Source of the DNA: the human T2T-CHM13v2.0 reference genome, Homo sapiens | NCBI RefSeq assembly: GCF_009914755.1 | Contig: NC_060947.1 | Strand: one strand, 5' to 3' | DNA: 64,000 nucleotides | In this document: piece after piece, positions 57,568 to 64,000 of the stretch | Layout: each line of letters starts with the position of its first letter | How positions within the stretch are numbered: position 1 is the first letter of the stretch | Position numbers and translations under genes: made by a program | The notes under the pieces: generated by a model | Databases searched by the model: none | The model's input: only the letters and a program-made list of their open reading frames with translations | What the model was told of the DNA's origin: nothing

Positions 57568-60500
57568 ATGCACAAGCATGTTTTTAACAAAAGAAGGAGA
57601 AAATACTCATGAAAATTACAATCCTCATTTCTGCAGCTGTCACGTGGTCATAGCTGGTACTGATTACTACCTTCTTCTATAAGCCATTCTGTATTCCCAT
57701 TGCCTTCAGCAGGCACCTCAGCAGGTCACCTTTTTTTTTATTATTTTTTATTTTTTTCCTGGTGGAGTGACCCAAGCCTTCATTCCTGAAGGGTCTGGGC
57801 CATTTGAAGTCCTGCCTGGATTGAGCTGTTGTAGTTTCCCATTGACTTTAATCGCAGGGCATAGTAATACTAAGAGATGCCCTAACAGATCACCTTTATT
57901 CCAAGTATACCCTTCCTTACCTCCGTTGTGCAGTAGTAGTCTGATTTCTTCTTGACAGTCCAGGTCAATCACAGCAGCCAACACTGTACCTCCCTTCCTA
58001 GCCTGTTGGTTAAAGGTAGCAAGACCCCAAAGTGCCCAGGTGGCAATCTTAACTTCTGGTTTAATGGAATTGTTGTTGTGTCTCCTGGTGGCAGCATTCC
58101 TCCCTCTGGAACTAAGACCTCTAGGTGAGCAGAATGTAATGTCGAGGGAATAGGAAGCAAAAATTTTGCTAGTGGATCACTACGGGTGATGGGGAGTGGT
58201 GCCACTTCTGCTTCAGCACCTAGATTTATGGATCTGTGAATCCTGGCTATGAGAGAAATAGTACCATATATTGGAAGCTGATTCAGAGCATACACGGCCT
58301 TTTGGAGAACTTTGCCTCAGCCCTGCAAAGTATTGTCACCTAGTTGGCATTGTAATTTTGACTTCAAAAGGCCATTCCACCATTCTATCAATCCAGCTGC
58401 TTCAGGATGATGGGGAACATGTTAAGACCAGGGAATTCCATGAGCATGAGCCCACTGCCACACTTATTTAGCTGCAAAGTGAGTGCCTTGGTAAGAGGCA
58501 ATGCTATGTGGAATGGACAAGGGATTCCATGAGTCCACAGATGGTAGTCTTGGTAAAAGCACTGCGTTCAGGATAGGAAAACCCATATACAGAGTAAGTG
58601 TTCTGATGAGGACAAACCTCTGCTCTTTCTATGATGGAAGAGGTCCAAAATAATCAACCTGCCACCAGATAGCTGGCTGATCACCCCGAGTAATTGTGCC
58701 ATATCGAGGGCTCAGTGTTGGTCCCTGCTGCTGGAAAATTGGGCACTCAGCAGTGGTTGTAGCCAGGTCAGCCTTGGTGAGTGAAAGTCCATGTTGCTGA
58801 GCCCATGCGTAACCTCCATCCCTGCCACTACGGCCACTTTGTTCATGGGCCCATTGGGTGATGACAGGGATGGCTGGGGAAAGAGGCTAAGTGGTGTCCA
58901 CAGAATGAGTCATATTATCCACTTGATTACTAAACTCCTCCTTTGATAAGGTCACCCATTGGTGAGCACTTACATGGGATACAAATATCTTCACAGATTT
59001 TAACCACTCAGAGAGGTCCATCCACATACCTCTTCCCCAAATTTCTGTCACCAGTTTTTCAATCATGCTTCTTCCAAATCCCTGACCATCCAGCCAAACC
59101 ATAGGCTACAACTCATTAATCAGTATATAATTGCACATTTGGCCATTTCTCTTTTCATGCAAAGTGCACAGCCAGGTGTACTGCTCGAAGTTCTGCCCAC
59201 TAGAAAGGTTTTCCTTCACCACTGTCCTTCAGCAATTTCCTCGAAATGGGCCGTAGTGCTGCAGCTGTCCACTTTCAAGTGTTGCCTGCATATTGTGTGA
59301 ACCAGGGCCTAGTCTTCTCTTCCTCTGTAAAGTGGTCATAGGGAACTCCCCATAAGGCCATTGGTGTATTCTGGGGGAGAGAAAGCAGGGTGGGAGGAAT
59401 GGAGACCATGGGCATTTGAGTCACTTCCACATGTAACTTTCTTTTGCCCTCAGGACCTGCTCGATCTTGATTATGCATATACCCCTTCCATTTGACGATG
59501 GAATGCTGCTGTTCATGACCCACTCTATGGCTTGATGGGTCAAAAAGCACCCAGTTCATGATGAGCAGTTAAGGTCACGTGCTCTCTTGATGACCCATAG
59601 TCAAACATTCATTTCCACCAAAGCCCAGTAACAGGCCAAGGACTGTCTCTCAAAAAGAAAGTAGTTATCTGCAGAAGATGACAGGATCTTGCTCCAAAAT
59701 CCTAAAAGCTTCCACTGTGATTCACCCACGGGGGCCTGCAAAAGGCTCCAAACAGCATCCCTATCTGTCACTGACACCTCAAGCACCATTGGATCTGCTG
59801 AGTCATATGGCCCAAGTTGCAGAGAAGCTTGCACAGCAGCCTGTACCTGTTGCAGAGCCTTCTCATATTATGGATCCCACTCAAAATTGGTAGCCTTTTG
59901 GGTCACTTGATAAATGGGTCAGAGTAACACATCCCAAAGAGGAATGTGTTGCCTCCAAAATCCAAATAGGTCCGCTAGACATTGTGCCTATTTCTTGGTT
60001 GCAGGAGGGGCCAAATGCAGCAACTTATCCTTCACCTTAGAAGGAATATCTATGCATGCCCCACACCACTGGACCCCTAGAAATTTTACTGAGGTTGAAG
60101 GTCCTTGAATTTTAGTTAGATTTATTTCCCTTCCTCTGTCATGCAAGTGTCTCACCAATTAGTTTAGTGTGTTTGCTACTTCTTGCTCACTAGATCCAAT
60201 CAGCTTAAGGTCATCAATGTAATGGATCAGTGTGATATCTTGTGGAAGAAAAAGAAATCAAAGTCTCTGAATAAGATTATGACATAAAGCCATAGAGTTG
60301 AAATAACCCTGAGGTAGGACAGTAAAGGTATATTGCTGGCCTTGTCAGCTGAAGGTAAATCACTTCTGGTGGGCATTATAGATAGGAATGAAGTAAAAGG
60401 CTTTTGCCAAGTCATTGTCTTCCTACCAGGTACCAGACGATGTGTTAGTTTGCCCAAGTAATTAAACCATATCTGGTACAGCAGCTGCAACTGGAGTCAC

Positions 60501-62844
60501 CACTTGGTTAAGCTTATGACAATCCACTGTCTCCAAGATCCATCTGTCTTCTGCACAGGCCAAATGGGACAGCTGAACAAAGATGTGGTGGGAAACACCA
60601 TCCCTGCGTCTTTCCTTGATGGTTTCAGTAATCTCTTCAATCTCTCCCGGGATGCAATATTGTTCTTGATTTACTATTTTTCTAGGTAGAGGCATCTCTT
60701 ATGGCTTCCATTTTGCCTTTCCCACCATAATAGCCCTCATTCTACCAGTCAGGGAGCCAATATGGGGGTTCTCCTACCTGCTAAGTATGTCTATGCCAAT
60801 TATGCATTTTGGCACCAGGAAAATGACCATAGGATGAGTCTGGGGACCCACTGGAGCCACTGTAAGTCAGACCTGAGCTAAAGCTCCATTAATTCCCTGA
60901 CCTCCATAAACCCCTGCTTTAACTGGATGACCACAATGATGTTTTGGGTCTCCTGGAATCAAAGTCAGCTCAGAGCCAGTGTCCAGTAGTCCCCACAATA
61001 CCTGATCATTTGCCTTTCCAGAATGTACAGTTGCTCTGGTAAAAGGCCTGAGGTCTCCTTGGGGAAGGATGAGAGAAATCTTAAAAGCATAAATTGTCAT
61101 TAGTGTAGTGGGGTCCTTCTTCAAGGGTACTCGACCTTCCCTTCATTCAAGGGATTCTGGGACTGTAAACTGGGTCAAGTCTGGAAATTTATTGAGGGGC
61201 TGTGATTCTGTTTTTATAATTCAAATTAATCTTTTGTTCATTCAACCTAGAAATATTCTGCTTATGTAAATTAAGTAGGAATTCAGTAGGCTTCCTATCA
61301 ATTTCACTTCTAGGAACACTGTAATTAATTAGCCAATGCCAGAGCTCTACACATGTCAGACTATTCTGATTATCACTTTGCCTCTGCTGTCCATTATGGT
61401 AGCTGTGCTCACCCTTGCTTTGAAGGTTGAGTGCTGCCACTTGGCCCCTGGCACCACGGGAACCAATTATTTTTATTTTATGTAAATTTTATAGCTGAGT
61501 GACTGTGGTTCTCACTGTTGGATCTGACATACAGAGAAGAGCAATTACAGGCCCTTCAAAGATGTAGGTGCTGCCCTCACAAATGTATTTCACAAGGCAT
61601 TGATTGAGGGTATATCTTGTGGACCCTCCCAGCTGGGATGAGTAGGTCTAAAGTGACTATTCCACTCCAGCATCCCAATCTCCCTAAGCCTTTAGATTGT
61701 TTCCTCTACTTTAAATCAAGGGAGATCAGGCATTTCCAGCTCAGTTACGTGGCCCATCTCTTAATCCATATTTTAGCTAGCCAAGCACATACAGTTTTAG
61801 AACATTTTTTAACTTCTAGAGCTGCAATATTAAATGCAGAGTGCTTATGTAGTGGGCCCAAATCAATAAATTCAGCCTGATCCAACTCTATGTTCCTTCC
61901 ACCCTTATCCCAAACCCTTAATATCTTTTCCCATGCCTGTTCTCTAGATTTCTGCTTATATAAATTAAAAAATTTAAGCAGCTTTTTTCGAGTGTCACAC
62001 ACACCCTTGTGAATTACACTCTGAACCTCTCCTCTAGGGGCCAGCCAGAACTTTAATCTAGTTATAGGTCTAGAAGCAAACAGGGATGTTGTAGGTGGCT
62101 CCTGAGGAGAATCAACATTATCTTGCCTCTCAACTGCCTCAGAGGAGACCATCACTGTTGCCTCAGGCAGCACCGGGTTTATCTTCTCAGACAAAGGTAG
62201 AAAGGCTGATGACAGCATGTATTGGGGAGGGAATGTTGGCACTACTGGGTATGGGGAAGCTGTTTCTTTTGAAAAAAAGTTTCATCAGTGTTTACAACTT
62301 CAGTTTCCCCAGCTTCATCAGGGTCCTCCCTCATGTCCCCATTTCAAATTGCAGAGTCCCATTCTTTTCCAATCAGTGCTCTCACTTTAAAAGTAGACAC
62401 CTGGTGAGGTTGCACATACACCTTTTGTTGCAGGTCAGCCACTTGCATAATAAGAGATTGTGTCTGTTTTTCCACAATTTCAGCTCTTTCTCTACAGGAA
62501 TAAGACTCTTATTCAGAGCAATCTTAGCAGATTTGAGGCTCAGTATCTTCTCAAGCTGGGAGTTAGAATTCCTGAATTCACCATTTTCTTTCATCACTTT
62601 GTCCACTGAACTTAGGAGCAACCAACCAGCTTCATTATGTTCTTTGGTTCTCCACATATGGTCAAAGGTAATATGTACAAAGTCACTAAACTCCTTGCCT
62701 CTCATAAGAGGTGAATTGGAAGTGTCAAATATATTTATTTTGCATAACTCTAAACAGTTCATGCCAAGGACTATCAGTGTTCTCCATACTATGAGAAGTA
62801 GAGTCCTTAGCATTTTGGATGTAATTATATTAAGCAACCAACTC

Positions 62845-63311
62845 TATACACACACACATATAGTAATATATATACAACTATATCTATATATCTATATATA
62901 TGTATACACACACACATATAAAGGGAAGTTTAATAAGTATTAACTCACACAATCTCAAGATCCCACAATAGGCTGTCTGAAAGCTGAGGAGCAAGGAAAG
63001 ACAGTCCAAGTTCCAAAACTGAAGAACTTGGAGTTCAATGTTTGAGAGCAGGAAGGGTCCAGCACGAGAGAAAGATGTAGGATGGGAGGCTAGGCCAGTC
63101 TACTTTTTTCACGTTTTTCTGCCTACTTTATATTCTAGACATGCTGGCAGCTGAATAGATGGTGACCACCCAGATTAAGGGTGGGTTTGCATTTTCCAGC
63201 CCACTTACTCAAATGTTAATCTACTTTGGCATCACCCTCACAGACACTCCCAGGATTAATACTTTGCATCCTTCAATCCATTCAAGTTGACACTCCATAT
63301 TAGCCATCACA
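62845..63311 (-). mobile_element. MLT2A1-like 5' LTR lacking its 3' end and PBS
   Basis: Homologous to 55640-56038. The gag leader joins directly to the LTR (TA/CA) tract at about 62845. Confidence 0.85.
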
Positions 63312-64000
63312 ATATCCTATGGATTAAAGAAGAAAGCCTTAGTGAATTTAAAAAACACATTTAACTGGGTGAAATCGAAAATACAATATGTAAAATTTGT
63401 TGAACACAGCTAAAGCAGTGCTGAAAGAAAAATGCACAGCAATAAATGTTAGCAGTAGGTAAAAGAGAAGTCTCAAATTAATAATGTAGGCTTTCACCTA
63501 AGGAGACTACAAAGAGAACAACAATATAAACCCAAAGCAAGCAAAGAAATATTAATACATAATGTTGTAAATCAATAAAATTAAAAAAGAAATAAAATGG
63601 AGAAAATTAATAAAAGAAAGAAAATTAGTTCTTTAAAAATATTAATAAAATTGTCAAGACTCTTTGAAGAATTACAAATAAAAATAGAGAAAAAAATGCA
63701 AACTGCCAATATCAGGAATAATACCAATTCCAGAGACTATCCCTACAGTCTCTACAACCATCAAAAAAAGGGTAATTAAGAAATATTAAAAAGAACTCTA
63801 AACATATATTTAACAACTTAGATGAAATGGACAAACTACAACAGCCCAAGTAGTATGAAATAGATAATTTGAATTTTCATGTAACTTTTAAAGAAATTGA
63901 GGTTGTAAGTTAAATGCAATCTGCAGGCCCAGATGACTTTACTAGAGATTTCTACTAAAGTTTAAGTAAGAATTAACATTTATTCTCCACAAATTTCCAG
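63312..64000 (+). mobile_element. Old L1M ORF2 (right part of the HERV-L host)
   Basis: ctatggattaaagaagaa...cagctaaagcagtgctga...caggcccagatgactttact continues the ORF2 interrupted at 55593. Confidence 0.82.

Larger units (their letters stand above)
55594..63311 (-). mobile_element. Near-complete HERV-L provirus with MLT2A1-like LTRs, 5-bp TSD
   Basis: LTRs at 55594-56038 and about 62845-63311. gag about 62837-61190, protease LLDTGSELT (60867-61124), RT LPQG and YIDD (60210-60221), RNase H/IN, dUTPase-like (57748-58295). TSD ataac 55589-55593 / atatc 63312-63316. All ORFs disrupted. Confidence 0.92.

Noticed and set aside
62095-62943. 282-aa + strand ORF
   Set aside because: Antisense to HERV-L gag and runs into the LTR microsatellite; no independent coding evidence.

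Overview
Primate, almost certainly human, L1-rich genomic DNA. The gene content suggests Xq12 between HEPH and EDA2R; this placement is from recall and was not verified by search. The only cellular gene is a 4-exon, intron-containing GPR83-like class A GPCR pseudogene on the + strand (about 13685-17359, most likely GPR165P). It carries a probable N-terminal frameshift, a GT>AT donor mutation in intron 2, a 1-nt insertion in exon 4 and losses of conserved GPCR motif residues. The rest is mostly retroelements: (1) an internally deleted L1PA3-like element with an intact antisense ORF0, a mutated YY1 site, the ZNF93-escape deletion and a 446-codon in-frame ORF1-ORF2 fusion; (2) a full-length dead L1PA4/5-like element with a 19-bp TSD; (3) an ERV1 LTR with a tRNA-Gly-like PBS split by an L1; (4) a rearranged patchwork at 38.9-44.4 kb containing an LTR-less HERV-K(HML-2) pol fragment, a templated-insertion repair scar and a twin-primed L1; (5) a near-complete HERV-L/MLT2A1 provirus with four-level nesting. 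Non-TE oddities are a 142-bp near-perfect tandem duplication and a 59-nt hairpin with a perfect 21-bp stem upstream of the GPCR pseudogene. I see no convincing evidence of a wholly new biological system. The best candidates for follow-up are the L1 ORF1-ORF2 fusion element, the hairpin and the residual coding potential of the GPCR pseudogene. Subfamily names are from recognition of diagnostic sequence, not from RepeatMasker.
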